Of a stretch of 64,000 nt of DNA, positions 21,031 to 31,142 are shown piece after piece; the first letter of the stretch is position 1; every line of letters begins with the position of its first letter. Under the pieces are notes generated by a model. That model saw only the letters and a program-made list of their open reading frames with translations, did not search any database and was not told where the DNA came from. Source of the DNA: Rhodothermia bacterium (GTDB taxonomy: Bacteria; Bacteroidota; Rhodothermia; Rhodothermales; UBA10348). Made by a program: the position numbers and the translations under genes. The DNA lies in contig BTQE01000001.1 in NCBI GenBank assembly GCA_036985715.1, positions 3,577-67,576 on the forward strand. The letters are read 5' to 3'.

Positions 21031-22014
21031 TCACTTTACCGCGATCATTGTTCCGGACTGGCGAGACCCGGAGCCGATTATTTGATAGACATATATCCCT
21101 GGAGATAGGCCGGTAGCACGATATACAACCTCGTGCGGTCCCGAATTCTGCCATAAAGCTACCGGAGTCGCCACCAGACGTCCTAACGTGTCGAAGATAT
21201 TCAGTGTAACGAATTGTGGTGCGTACAGCTCGTACGTAACGGTCGTAGTTTTCCGAAAGGGGTTTGGATAATTTTGAAGTAGCCGGACACTGCGCCGTGC
21301 GATTTCGTATTCAACTGCCGTAGCAGTGGAGTAGTAAACGTGGAGTTTTGGGGTGAAATCGGGATTCGGATTTTCCCGACTGTCAAAACGCTTGGTCGTC
21401 GACTGTTCGTCTTCATCGCCGAGGAGCAGCCAGCCAAAATTCTCCGATGGAATTTCAAGCCAGCCTTGTACGTCGTCTACCAGTTGAGGCGTAGACTTCC
21501 AATTGTATGTGCCTTCCTGGTCTACGTCCGTGCTGGTGCTCGCGGTGGGATCGAAGTCACCACCCGCATTCTGCCACAGAGACGAATCAAAGAATGTGTG
21601 GAGCCACGTGGCGTCTCCGACCGTAGCGGGGTGCCCCTGACCTTCCTCACCGAGAGCAAATGAAGAGCCTTCGCCCCAAGCTTTTAGTACTCTGTGGACG
21701 TCAATCGTCCGGACACCGCTTATCGTTCGGGACATATGAAGCGTCAGCTTCACGCTATCGATCGTAACGCCAGCCGGAACGGTGGCTGCTACAGGAAATA
21801 CCAATAAGGCCCGGCGCACCTCGTTACCAAAGTTTTTACCTGCAAAAACGTGCGTACCCGCTCCATTGCTCAGTGCTCCGGTAGGGCTCTCATACAAAGT
21901 GTTGTCTTTGCTGGGCGTCAGTACAATGTCATTCTGCGCAGCTGCATCCCGGCCAGGACTGAGAAGCAGTATGACCAATTGCAGCGACACACACAAACGG
22001 ATGTGTGCTTTCAT
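21031..22014 (-). CDS. Secreted protein with T9SS C-terminal sorting domain (N-terminal DNRLRE-like domain possible)
   Basis: Signal peptide. SKDNTLYE...RRALLVFPV...GVTIDSVKLTL resembles DNRLRE-type domains. The C-terminus LLQNYPNPFRKTTTVTYEL...GIYVYQI...MIAVK is a T9SS CTD. ATG 22014 is preferred over GTG 22029. Confidence 0.65.
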   Translation of the reverse strand: MKAHIRLCVSLQLVILLLSPGRDAAAQNDIVLTPSKDNTLYESPTGALSNGAGTHVFAGKNFGNEVRRALLVFPVAATVPAGVTIDSVKLTLHMSRTISGVRTIDVHRVLKAWGEGSSFALGEEGQGHPATVGDATWLHTFFDSSLWQNAGGDFDPTASTSTDVDQEGTYNWKSTPQLVDDVQGWLEIPSENFGWLLLGDEDEQSTTKRFDSRENPNPDFTPKLHVYYSTATAVEYEIARRSVRLLQNYPNPFRKTTTVTYELYAPQFVTLNIFDTLGRLVATPVALWQNSGPHEVVYRATGLSPGIYVYQIIGSGSRQSGTMIAVK

Positions 22015-22271
22015 ATGCTGGAGACTCACCTACTCATTGTGTGTGTCATATGACCATAGGGGGTGCGATCAGCTTCGAGCTGATATAGATAAACTCGACT
22101 GGAGAGCGCTTGAGCATCAAACTTGACCTGGTAACTCCTGCTGAAAACGAGCCGTCAACCAGTGTGTTCAGTGGTTGGGCTTTCTCCGAATTTCGATTTC
22201 CTCCCGGTGAGATACGCGAGGTCAAAAGGTACGGGCGTAGTACTAGTTCGCGAAATACGTATGTTTTTGTA

Positions 22272-23309
22272 CTACTCAGGAAGAGCAGTTAATGGTGAGT
22301 ACCCGATGCCGTCAGGCCATCCTCCAGTTCGCGCTGTACCAATTATTTCCATAGACTCCAGGTCAACGATGGCCACTTTGCTCAGCGCTTGGAGCGAGAC
22401 ATAGGCGTATCGGCTGTCGGGTGTAATCACGAGGCCTTCGGGTGCGGCCGAGCCGGGGAATTCAGCTTCTGTCTCTGCCCCGTCCGGTGAAATAGAAATA
22501 GTTTTCAGTTCCTTGAGCGTTTCCGCATCCACGATCCGAATCTCACTTTTCATGGGATCGGTAAGGACCGCTAGTCGACCGTCCGGTGAGATGGCCATTC
22601 GATACGGAAATCCAAATCCGTCGAAAGTGTGTTCGATTTCTCCTGAGGCTGCGTCGACCACAAATACCTTTTTCTCCCGGTTACTGCCCACCCAAACTCG
22701 GTCTCCGGCTGGAGACACAGCAATCCCCTCTATAACCGCTGCGACCGGTATAATCCGCTCTCGTTTTCGGGTTTCTCCGTCAATTTCAGATAGAGTTCCG
22801 TCAATAATATTTGTAGTGAACAGGGTAGATCTGATATTGTCAGCGGCCAACATATGAGACGTACGCTGGCCGGTAGATACCGTGTCGACGATCTCACCCT
22901 CAATTACGTCATAGAACACGACTTTTTGGGTGGCTTCGCTGGTGATGGCAACTACCGAATCGCCGGGAAGAAATACGGCCCCGTGTGGCCTCTCGTAGAC
23001 AGAAAGATCAAACGTGGCTTCGATTTCGGCTTCGGGTACGTGAATCAGCGTTAGCGAATTACCAACACGATCGGAATTCCCATAATTCGTAATTACAGCC
23101 CACTCTCCAGACTCAGACACGGCAACTTCATGAGGGGATGGTCCGGACGGGAGCGTCGCCACCGTTTTACGAGACGCAGCATCAATGAGGGAGACGGAAT
23201 TCTCGCTCATATTCGCGACGATGATGGTTCCGCTCTCCTGGCCCGAGACAATTGACGGACTGATGAGAAGAACGGCCGCGACGAGTGCCTGCAGGCGACG
23301 GGTGCTCAT
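22272..23309 (-). CDS. YVTN/YncE-like beta-propeller repeat protein, secreted
   Basis: Signal peptide (MSTRRLQALVAAVLLISPS...). Blades of the type V.V.D..sg.....i..G..P.g.a.SPDG recur about 6-7 times. Start at ATG 23309 removes the overlap with the next gene. Confidence 0.65.
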   Translation of the reverse strand: MSTRRLQALVAAVLLISPSIVSGQESGTIIVANMSENSVSLIDAASRKTVATLPSGPSPHEVAVSESGEWAVITNYGNSDRVGNSLTLIHVPEAEIEATFDLSVYERPHGAVFLPGDSVVAITSEATQKVVFYDVIEGEIVDTVSTGQRTSHMLAADNIRSTLFTTNIIDGTLSEIDGETRKRERIIPVAAVIEGIAVSPAGDRVWVGSNREKKVFVVDAASGEIEHTFDGFGFPYRMAISPDGRLAVLTDPMKSEIRIVDAETLKELKTISISPDGAETEAEFPGSAAPEGLVITPDSRYAYVSLQALSKVAIVDLESMEIIGTARTGGWPDGIGYSPLTALPE

Positions 23310-23337
23310 AAACGTGTAAGAATAGTTTATCTGTCGA

Positions 23338-23835
23338 TTAAGTGTCATTCTCCAGGAATTCCACGTCAAGCCGCTTTGTAACCATTTTCAACCTGCCGTC
23401 TTCGTCTCGTGGCCACTCCTTCTCCGGTCTATCCACACATAATTCTATGCCGTTTCCGTCGGGGTCACGAACGTATAGAGCTTCACTCACACCGTGATCA
23501 CTGGCCCCGTCAATAGTGATCCCTGCATCCTTGAGACGATGAAATGCTTGTACTAGTGCTGCCCGTGTAGGGTAGAGAATCGCTAGATGGAACAGCCCCG
23601 TGGCATTCTTCGGCGGTTGAGGTCCGTCCAAACTCTCCCAGGTGTTGAGTGCTATGTGGTGGTGATATCCACCAGCGGAAATAAAGGCAGCGTGATCACC
23701 GATTCGTTGTGTAATCTCAAATCCAAGAACGCGGCAATAGAAATCCAAGGCTCTTTCAAGGTTTGATACCTTGAGATGCACATGGCCTATTGACACGCCG
23801 GTGTCAATGGCGTGCACATTTCCAGGGGATGTCAT
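23338..23835 (-). CDS. VOC-family (glyoxalase/extradiol dioxygenase-like) protein
   Basis: HVHLKVSNLERALDFYCRVLGFE plus a second beta-alpha-beta-beta-beta module (FHLAILYP...ALYVRDPDGNGIEL). Confidence 0.7.
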   Translation of the reverse strand: MTSPGNVHAIDTGVSIGHVHLKVSNLERALDFYCRVLGFEITQRIGDHAAFISAGGYHHHIALNTWESLDGPQPPKNATGLFHLAILYPTRAALVQAFHRLKDAGITIDGASDHGVSEALYVRDPDGNGIELCVDRPEKEWPRDEDGRLKMVTKRLDVEFLENDT

Positions 23836-24145
23836 AATGATCGTGGTTAGGCGTTTTTCCGTCTGATAAAAAATTGTTGCGCTGTATGCAAATTTTCCAG
23901 GGGATTCAAGTTCATCTTCTGGACTCTGATCAGGTTATACTCACAGTTGTACCCAATACGAGCGATTCTAAGGAGGAACCCATGGCCATCATGCTCAAAA
24001 TACGCTGGGAGATCACCGAAGGACGAGAAGACTACTTCAAAACCAACCAGAACGCTCTCTGTTCTGTCACCCCTTGCGGAAGTCGGCCTGTGTCCGTAAA
24101 TGGTTTAGTCTTTGATTCGGGACTTCATTAACCAATCGATTTACC

Positions 24146-25438
24146 ATGTCTACTCATTTTCGAACTTGTGCATGCTCAGTTTTTCTGGCACTTCTTGCTC
24201 CGGTTTTCTTCTCACCGGCTGCTGTGGCTCAGCAAGTTACGGCCATCCAGGCCGGAGCCGTGCTGGATGTCGTCACAGGTGAGTTGACTCCCAACGTGGT
24301 CGTGGTTGTTCGTGACGGTAGAATTCGGTCGATTGGCCCTAACGTATCCATTCCGTCGGAAGCAAGAGTGATAGATCTATCCGAATATGTGATTCTGCCG
24401 GGACTCATTGATGCGCATACCCATCTAGCGATTCAGCCGGACTACGCACGAAACAACCCCATTCTCTTCAAGTCGATTCCGTATCGGACTATAGAGGGAG
24501 TAGCCGCTGCCAGAGCTACCCTCCTGGCTGGGTTTACGACCGTGAGGGATGTGGATTCGGAGGGTGCTGATTGGGCCGATGTTGCCTTACGTGATGCGAT
24601 AAACGATGGCCTGATACCTGGTCCTCGCATGCAGGTGGCCACGCTGGCAATCAGCATAACCGGGGGCTATATGAATAACGACGGCCTGGCCCCTCAGATC
24701 GACGTTCCACAATTTGGGTCGCTAGCCGACTCTCCGGCCGAGATCGTCCGCACTCTTCGAAACCAGATTAAGTATGGTGCAGACTGGATCAAGCTGTATG
24801 TCACGGGAACCACGCGTCATATTGACATTGCCAACATGGAACCGCTCGCCCAATTCAGTGACGATGATATTCGGTTGGTCGTGCGTGAAGCAGCTCGATT
24901 TCGCACACCGGTAGCGGCTCACGCTTATGGAGGTCATGCCGCCCACGTCGCCGTCGACGCCGGTGTTCGTTCGATCGAGCACGGAATGATGTTGAACGAT
25001 GAAACGCTCGACCTGATGGTAGAACGCGGTACGTTTTGGGTGCCTACTATTTCCGTGTACTACCAGGATGGGCCCCGCTCTGAGTGGAGCGAGCGTGCTC
25101 TTGCAATCACAAACTCGCACAAACAAGTGTTTGCCCGCGCTGTCCAGAAAGGAGTTAAAATCGCATACGGGACGGATGCGGGTGCTCTTCCGCACGGTGA
25201 CAATGCAGTTGATTTCCCGATTATGGTCTCCTACGGGATGTCCCCGCTAGGTGCTATCCAGTCGGCGACGATCAACGGAGCTGAGCTAATGGGGCTGGAC
25301 GATGGTCTGGGAACACTGGATCAAGGTAAGATTGCAGACATTATTGCAGTCTCAGGGAATCCCCTGGAAGATATCAATCAGCTCGCTGATGTTCGATTTG
25401 TGATGAAGGATGGACATGTTTACAAATTGGGTGAGTAG
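24146..25438 (+). CDS. Amidohydrolase-family metallohydrolase, secreted
   Basis: Signal peptide. LPGLIDAHTHL (HxH metal site), AHAYG, SIEHG and a late GTDAG Asp: the amidohydrolase superfamily pattern. Confidence 0.75.
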   Translation: MSTHFRTCACSVFLALLAPVFFSPAAVAQQVTAIQAGAVLDVVTGELTPNVVVVVRDGRIRSIGPNVSIPSEARVIDLSEYVILPGLIDAHTHLAIQPDYARNNPILFKSIPYRTIEGVAAARATLLAGFTTVRDVDSEGADWADVALRDAINDGLIPGPRMQVATLAISITGGYMNNDGLAPQIDVPQFGSLADSPAEIVRTLRNQIKYGADWIKLYVTGTTRHIDIANMEPLAQFSDDDIRLVVREAARFRTPVAAHAYGGHAAHVAVDAGVRSIEHGMMLNDETLDLMVERGTFWVPTISVYYQDGPRSEWSERALAITNSHKQVFARAVQKGVKIAYGTDAGALPHGDNAVDFPIMVSYGMSPLGAIQSATINGAELMGLDDGLGTLDQGKIADIIAVSGNPLEDINQLADVRFVMKDGHVYKLGE

Positions 25439-25503
25439 CTCCTCGGTTACGAGCACAAACTGATCAACCGCGGCGGCGACGGGCGCCGGAGATTCGAGAA
25501 CCG

Positions 25504-25520
25504 GGATTCGGCGCGAATCC
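25504..25520. terminator. Stem-loop between convergent genes (possible bidirectional terminator)
   Basis: ggattcg-gcg-cgaatcc is a perfect 7-bp stem with a 3-nt loop, lying between the 3' ends of the amidohydrolase and PhoX-like genes. There is no clear U-tract. Confidence 0.3.
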
Positions 25521-25552
25521 GGGACATTTACGGACTAATGAACACCCCTAGG

Positions 25553-26962
25553 CTACGTCCCACGGAGGCCCCTTTGCCAGGGTCCGGTGATTGCCAGTGT
25601 GAGTCCGTCGTGCTGGATGTTGATAAAGAGCGTCGAACCGTCAGGTGAAAAACTGACCCCAGCGAGTTCCGACTCGCTGATGGCATTGCGGGCAAACCTG
25701 TAAATCTCTCCTTCTGGTGTGATTCCTACCAGATACTGTGATCCGGTCCCGTCTTCACAAACAAACAGGTCACCCCACGGAGCCATCGTCAAATTATCAG
25801 GGTTCTCGATCAGGCCCGCCTCGTCCACCTCGACGAATAATTCAAGCCGACCTGGACGTATTTGTTCATCTGCCGTTCCTTCAGAAGGGCTCGGCGTATA
25901 CTTCCAAATCTGTCCTTTCCGAAGTTGTCCCCCTTCCGTACACGCGATGAAGATCGTTCCATCCCCATACCAGATGCCCTCAGCTCGCGCGAAGGAGGCG
26001 GCCCCACCATCGAAGCCCCGATAACGCAGATCATCTTCGGGCGATTCGACGTCCGTCAATTCGATCCAATACGTCTCGAGTTGGTCTCCGACCGCCACCG
26101 ATTTTTCTGTGAGATTTCGGGTATCAAAACTAGGTCTGTCGACTATACAGAGCGCCTGCAAGCGCCCACCTTGGGCCAGCTGACCAGGGACATGTGGGAT
26201 AAATCGATAGATGAGCCCGTCGATGATGTCTTCAGTTTCATAAACGATTCCGGTCCGCGGGTTGATTGCCACCGCCTCGTGTTTGAAGCGTCCCATTTCC
26301 TTCAAGGGGATCGGGTCAGCCAGTCCGGGAGATTTCGAGGCAGGGACTTCGAAACAGTATCCGTGATCGCGCGCCCATCGAGCGCCCGCCCGATGCGTGA
26401 TCTCTTCGCAAGAAATCCAGGTATCCCAGAGCGTTGGACCGCCCGCGCAGTTCACGAGCGTTCCGGCGAGACTCAAGTGGTGGCTAACTAATTCCTGATT
26501 GGTCGTATCAAATACAAGCGTCGTGGTGGCTCCCAGACCCGGCCTTCCGTCCGCTCCAGCATCATAAAGCGCTCCCGAGGGGAGTCTTGAAAGGAGTTCG
26601 TAATTCTCGCCAAAGGCTCCATCTCGGGCATCGGTTCGACCGCTCAATTCATGATTTCGCACCAGAACTGTGAGTCCCTCCGGTCCGGGAAAGGCGCACA
26701 TTCCGTCGTGCTCGATGGGAACGTAAAAACCGTCTGACATTATCTCGCCCGCTTGGGAAATGACTTTGTAGGAGAAGCCTTCAGGGAGGTCAAAAATCTT
26801 TTTGGGATCTGGAAAGATTGGGCCGAATCGCCCCGGGATCGATTTTGTAGTTGCGGTGCCCGCCGCAACACAACCAACGAAAGATTGAAGCCCCGAAAAC
26901 CCGAGTGCTACTGCCGCTGAGGATTTCAAAAAGTGTCGTCGAGAGAGTTGACTCATTTCCAT
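25553..26962 (-). CDS. PhoX/DUF839-family protein with Tat signal (putative alkaline phosphatase)
   Basis: MEMSQLSRRHFLKSSAAVALGF is a twin-arginine signal. ...NPDNLTMAPWGDLFVCEDG... and ...FSPDGSTLFINIQH... are typical of the DUF839/PhoX propeller. ATG 26962 is preferred over the track start 27052. Confidence 0.65.
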   Translation of the reverse strand: MEMSQLSRRHFLKSSAAVALGFSGLQSFVGCVAAGTATTKSIPGRFGPIFPDPKKIFDLPEGFSYKVISQAGEIMSDGFYVPIEHDGMCAFPGPEGLTVLVRNHELSGRTDARDGAFGENYELLSRLPSGALYDAGADGRPGLGATTTLVFDTTNQELVSHHLSLAGTLVNCAGGPTLWDTWISCEEITHRAGARWARDHGYCFEVPASKSPGLADPIPLKEMGRFKHEAVAINPRTGIVYETEDIIDGLIYRFIPHVPGQLAQGGRLQALCIVDRPSFDTRNLTEKSVAVGDQLETYWIELTDVESPEDDLRYRGFDGGAASFARAEGIWYGDGTIFIACTEGGQLRKGQIWKYTPSPSEGTADEQIRPGRLELFVEVDEAGLIENPDNLTMAPWGDLFVCEDGTGSQYLVGITPEGEIYRFARNAISESELAGVSFSPDGSTLFINIQHDGLTLAITGPWQRGLRGT

Positions 26963-27184
26963 ACAGAATCTTTGTAAGCCATCGCAAAGTAATGCGCCCC
27001 AAGAAACGCGCTGCATTCCGAAAGCGCAAAAATCATTGTGAGCAAATATCACTTAAAATCTAACCTCCATAAACTAGGTGCGAAAGAGACGATCATTTCT
27101 ATATTCGCCCGAATACATGTTGCTGGTGTCACGGATTCGTGAAGAAGGAAAACCAGGGGCGAATGGACTGACCATCAGGCGTCT

Positions 27185-28369
27185 ATGGATCGAGACAACG
27201 CTGATATTCTTGTCATCGGCGCCGGAATATTCGGAGCTACAGCAGCTGTTGAGCTTTGTTTGAGAGGCCACAAAGTGGCGATCATCGATGAAGGAGCACA
27301 CCCGCATCCGCTCGCCGCGACGACCGACATCAGTAAAGTTATCCGGATGGAGTACGGCACTGACGAGCAGTATATGGCGATGGTCGAAGACTCTATTGTA
27401 GGTTTTCGAGAATGGAACAATCGATTTGAAGAGGTGCTGTACCACGAAACCGGCGTAACCATGTTCACTCGAGAGGCGATGGAGCCGGGTGGATTCGAGT
27501 ACGAGAGTTATCAGACGTTACTTCGACGGGGCCATACACCAGAAAGGCTCGGTACGGAGGAGATCGCTCGAAGATTTCCCGCATGGAAACCCGGAGAATA
27601 CGTGGATGGATTTTTTCACGCCGTGGGCGGATATGGTGAAAGTGGTCGCGTATTAGCACGTATTCGGAAGTGGGGTGAATCTATTGGTGTTCGAATGATC
27701 GACGATCTGGTTATCAAGATCGACGTGGAGAAAGGGAGGGCCGTGGGTGTTTTGACTGAGAAAAGCCAGCGGCTCGCCGCCGATCATATTGTCGTTGCTG
27801 CTGGCTCTTGGGCGCCCAACCTGGTACCAGAGCTGGTATCTGAGATGAAGGCTACCGGGCATCCGGTTTTTCATCTCAAGATCGACGATCACAGTTTGTT
27901 TACGCCGCCCGTGTTTGGAGCATTCACGGCGGATGTCGCTCGAACCGGTTGGTATGGCTTTCCTTACCATCCGTTGGAAGGCGTGATCAAGATCGCCAAT
28001 CATGGTGTCGGAGTGGGGATAGACCCCGTTCATGACGCGCGCGAGGTAACCGTAGCAGATGAGCAATCACTCCGACATTTTCTTTCATTCACATTTCCTG
28101 CACTGGCTGACGCCCCGATCGTTTTTACCCGCCTCTGTCTGTATTGCGACACTCGGGACGAACACCTCTGGATTGATCACCACCCGGGAATCGGTGGCTT
28201 AACGATTGCATCCGGAGGGAGTGGGCACGGGTTTAAATTCGCACCGGTACTTGGACCCTTGATTGCGGATGCCGTCGAGTCCAAGTCGAATGTGTGGCTT
28301 GATAAATTTCAGTGGCGAACGCTCCCCCCGGAGACCTCCGGAGAGGAAGCCGCGAGATACCATGGATAG
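27185..28369 (+). CDS. FAD-dependent oxidoreductase (DAO/sarcosine-oxidase-like family)
   Basis: DILVIGAGIFGATAAVELCLRGHKVAIIDEG (GxGxxG Rossmann) and a C-terminal ...ASGGSGHGFKFAPVLG... DAO motif. Confidence 0.7.
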   Translation: MDRDNADILVIGAGIFGATAAVELCLRGHKVAIIDEGAHPHPLAATTDISKVIRMEYGTDEQYMAMVEDSIVGFREWNNRFEEVLYHETGVTMFTREAMEPGGFEYESYQTLLRRGHTPERLGTEEIARRFPAWKPGEYVDGFFHAVGGYGESGRVLARIRKWGESIGVRMIDDLVIKIDVEKGRAVGVLTEKSQRLAADHIVVAAGSWAPNLVPELVSEMKATGHPVFHLKIDDHSLFTPPVFGAFTADVARTGWYGFPYHPLEGVIKIANHGVGVGIDPVHDAREVTVADEQSLRHFLSFTFPALADAPIVFTRLCLYCDTRDEHLWIDHHPGIGGLTIASGGSGHGFKFAPVLGPLIADAVESKSNVWLDKFQWRTLPPETSGEEAARYHG

Positions 28370-28446
28370 CTATGCACGTATTTTGGCACCATTACTAATT
28401 CGCTATTCCCGATCATCACAAGTTGAATCATTAAAATAAGGAGACA

Positions 28447-29547
28447 ATGCCTCGGTTCAGGCCATTCTTATTCCCGTTAATTCTTGTACTCCTGATCGCA
28501 GGCTGCGACACGACTTCATCTGATCGACCCGATGAGATTGGCGATGGTATCGTCGATTTAATGGAACCGTGGAAAACGGCTTCTCCAGGCGACATCGGAC
28601 TCAGTTCTTCGGTTCTGAGCGCAGCGGCAGCGAAAGCGGCCAGGAATCTTCGATTTAGAAGTTTACTGGTCGTGAAAGACGGAAGGCTGGTGTTCGAGAG
28701 ATATTTTAATGGCTCAACCGAGAGCGAGTTGACCGACGTACGATCCGTTACGAAAAGCGTCGTTTCAACGCTTGTCGGGATCGCGCTTGACAAGGGTCAT
28801 ATTACTGATCTTGACGAGAGCATAGGAAATGCCCTGGCCAGTCGTGTTGAAATCCTGCCCGAATATGTGGACAACATTACGATTCGAGACTTACTCACGA
28901 TGTCTGGCGGATGGGCATGGGACGAAGGAGCCGGGAATTCATACACTGAGTGGATTGGATCAGAGAATCATATCCAATACGTTTTGGATCTACCGAGATT
29001 GCCAAGTCCTGGTTTTCTTTACAATTCCGGAGCTGTTCATTTGCTGGGTGTCGTTCTCGAGGTCATGACAGGGAAAGATCTGGAAGACTATGCCGACCTG
29101 TTCTTATTCGACAAAATTGGAATTCAGAGGAAAACCTGGGAATCGCTGGAGAACGGCTATGTCAATGGCGGCGCTGGAATCGATCTCCGGCCCAGAGACC
29201 TGGCTCGCATTGGACAACTGTTTATCCAGAACGGTTTTTCCGGACGAGAACAGGTGCTTTCAGAATCATGGATTACCGAAGCAACGTCACCGAAGTTCGA
29301 CTGGCGGTCCTCGTTCGGCACGGTGACTTCCATGTCCTATGGGTATCTCTGGTGGACGAACGAAGGCGGAAGCACACCGGCATTCTTTGCCTGGGGATGG
29401 GGTGGGCAGTTCATTTATGTGGTACCCGATAGGCGGCTGGTTATCGTGACCACCACTCGCTATCAAGGCTTGAACGCCGAGGGCGGGCCTGGTCAACTGG
29501 AACGTCTTGGCCTGGAAGTGATCACGGATATTGTGGATCCAGGTTAG
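28447..29547 (+). CDS. Serine hydrolase (beta-lactamase/PBP4*-like) lipoprotein
   Basis: Lipobox LIAGC, an SVTKS (SxxK) catalytic motif and a YNS-type second motif. Confidence 0.7.
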   Translation: MPRFRPFLFPLILVLLIAGCDTTSSDRPDEIGDGIVDLMEPWKTASPGDIGLSSSVLSAAAAKAARNLRFRSLLVVKDGRLVFERYFNGSTESELTDVRSVTKSVVSTLVGIALDKGHITDLDESIGNALASRVEILPEYVDNITIRDLLTMSGGWAWDEGAGNSYTEWIGSENHIQYVLDLPRLPSPGFLYNSGAVHLLGVVLEVMTGKDLEDYADLFLFDKIGIQRKTWESLENGYVNGGAGIDLRPRDLARIGQLFIQNGFSGREQVLSESWITEATSPKFDWRSSFGTVTSMSYGYLWWTNEGGSTPAFFAWGWGGQFIYVVPDRRLVIVTTTRYQGLNAEGGPGQLERLGLEVITDIVDPG

Positions 29548-29584
29548 ATCTGACTGTTGCAGCCTTTGCTCGATTTCGCACCCA

Positions 29585-29971
29585 TTACGTGATTAGCTGA
29601 AACGTAAACCGATGCGTATGCCCGGAATTGTTCGTCGACGTCACGGTGACCACGCCCCCGGACCCCAACGAGGCCAACTGGGCCGCTGACAGCGTAACCA
29701 TATGAATGTGGCCTCCGGAATTCGAGGTGTCGTACGTTTCGTTCGACGCTGAAGCGAAATCGGCTGTGGGTATCTGGGCGGAGTGCGAATGCCCGGCGAC
29801 TACGGTTGAGGTAGCCGTTAGAATCGTGGGCTGATTGTTCCCACCATTGTTACCGCCGTTGTTGTTTCCACCAGTGTTATCTGAGTTGCTGTCGCAGCCG
29901 ACCAGATACACGGCGCCTGCGAAAACGGGAAACGCCTGGCCTGCCTTAATTATAAATCGACGTCGGTCCAT
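29585..29971 (-). CDS. Small Tat-signal lipoprotein with Gly/Asn linker and three GHxH motifs; function unknown
   Basis: MDRRRFIIKAG...VYLVGCDS (RR motif plus lipobox), a GGNNNGGNNGGNN linker, then AGHSHSAQIP, GGHIHMVTLS and SGHTHRFTF. ATG 29971 is preferred over GTG 29983. Confidence 0.6.
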   Translation of the reverse strand: MDRRRFIIKAGQAFPVFAGAVYLVGCDSNSDNTGGNNNGGNNGGNNQPTILTATSTVVAGHSHSAQIPTADFASASNETYDTSNSGGHIHMVTLSAAQLASLGSGGVVTVTSTNNSGHTHRFTFQLIT

Positions 29972-30279
29972 GGATCTCACCACTACTGATTAATTAGTTA
30001 TAGGTCGTGTAGACTGGGTGTCTTGATCTAAGTCAGACATTACAACCTAATTGCTCGCAGAACGGTTATCGGACGAGCTGGAGGAGGGTAATTCTGAGTG
30101 CACTAAACCCCTGGTCCGTCAAGCATCCCATTCAGTTCCACATTCTCTTTGAATCCGAGGTTCAAGCTTCTTGCATTCGGCTTTATATCCGAAAGAGCAA
30201 TCTCACACGTTGGCAATGAACTGGGCGCAAACGGAGCGCTGTATTTCAAACGCCCATAGTTGCCAAAATTGACTGGTAT

Positions 30280-30289
30280 ACTACGTAGT
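30280..30289. promoter_or_regulatory. 10-bp perfect palindrome ACTACGTAGT about 120 nt upstream of the STAS gene
   Basis: Seen directly. It shares the 9-mer TACGTAGTT with the palindrome at 35673-35690. Confidence 0.2.
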
Positions 30290-30410
30290 TTTAAGTATTT
30301 AGACGGGAAATCCGGTGTCGATAGTAAGATTAGAAAATAGGTGAAGATTGGAATCTGTAATAGAGACCCTGGCACGACAAAACTGAATCACAACCTCAAG
30401 GGATGCGGCT

Positions 30411-30746
30411 ATGAGTTTCCCCGTCGAATCGATCACTAGCGACACCGTCGTCGTCAAAATCGGATCAAACCTCGATTTTCGGAATGCGCCGGATTTTAAG
30501 GAAATTTATCAAACTCAGGTAAGCGCGGGAATACGCAATTTCATATTGGATTTCTCGGATACACGTATTCTCGATTCATGCGGGTTCGGATCGCTTTTTA
30601 CCCTCTACAGAAAGCTAAGGGCTAGTCGTGGTCAGATCTGCTTCGCCTCTTCTTCGGAGACAGTGAAGGAAGCTGTCCAGCTCACGCACGTCTACAAAAT
30701 ATTTCCCCAGTTCGACACCGTCGAGTCTGCGTTTGAATCGATTTAG
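30411..30746 (+). CDS. STAS-domain protein (anti-sigma-factor antagonist family)
   Basis: 111 aa. ...FILDFSDTRILDSCGFGSL... matches the SpoIIAA/RsbV DS-x-G loop. No partner kinase or phosphatase lies nearby. Confidence 0.7.
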   Translation: MSFPVESITSDTVVVKIGSNLDFRNAPDFKEIYQTQVSAGIRNFILDFSDTRILDSCGFGSLFTLYRKLRASRGQICFASSSETVKEAVQLTHVYKIFPQFDTVESAFESI

Positions 30747-31142
30747 TCGCTGGACATCAGTCCGAGTCCGAACACCGGATATACCCGGGCCGGGTGGTGG
30801 GTCTTTCTGGAACGTTTTGGACCTCCGTACTTACAGAAGGGAGTTTATATGACAAAACACCTGCGTTTCAGGGGCGCTATGTTTTTGATATTGGGATTGT
30901 GCCGACGTATCGTCTATCACAGGAAACATCCGTCGTGTCGCGATTCATTTACATGACGGGGACAATATCAGGATTTGATGGCGGAGTTGATCTGAGCGTC
31001 ATTTTATGAGCGATTCCGCCGCAGTCGAAGCCAAATTGGCCCGGCATCAAAACCATCTATTTTAGTCGTCTTTGGTCAGATTTCGGTGAGTAACTTGCCT
31101 TCAGACGCTTAGCGATGTCTGGAAACCGACGTAGAGATCATC

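Noticed and set aside
23874-24131. 85-aa ORF whose middle (MAIMLKIRWEITEGREDYF) resembles the start of an ABM-type monooxygenase
   Set aside because: It is too short, and the remainder does not continue the fold pattern. It may be a relic, but it is unsupported.
29835-29885. Short tandem-looking GTT/GCC-rich repeat
   Set aside because: It is the coding sequence of the GGNNNGGNNGGNN linker of the Tat lipoprotein (minus strand). It is not a CRISPR array or a non-coding microsatellite.
30103-30375. 90-aa minus-strand ORF upstream of the STAS gene
   Set aside because: No motif and odd composition. It occupies what is more simply the promoter and leader region of the STAS gene. It is left unannotated.
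30794-31009. 71-aa ORF with a vaguely beta-barrel-like C-terminus (possible porin relic)
   Set aside because: The similarity is only impressionistic. It has a GTG start and no signal peptide. I cannot support either a gene or a pseudogene call without a database search.
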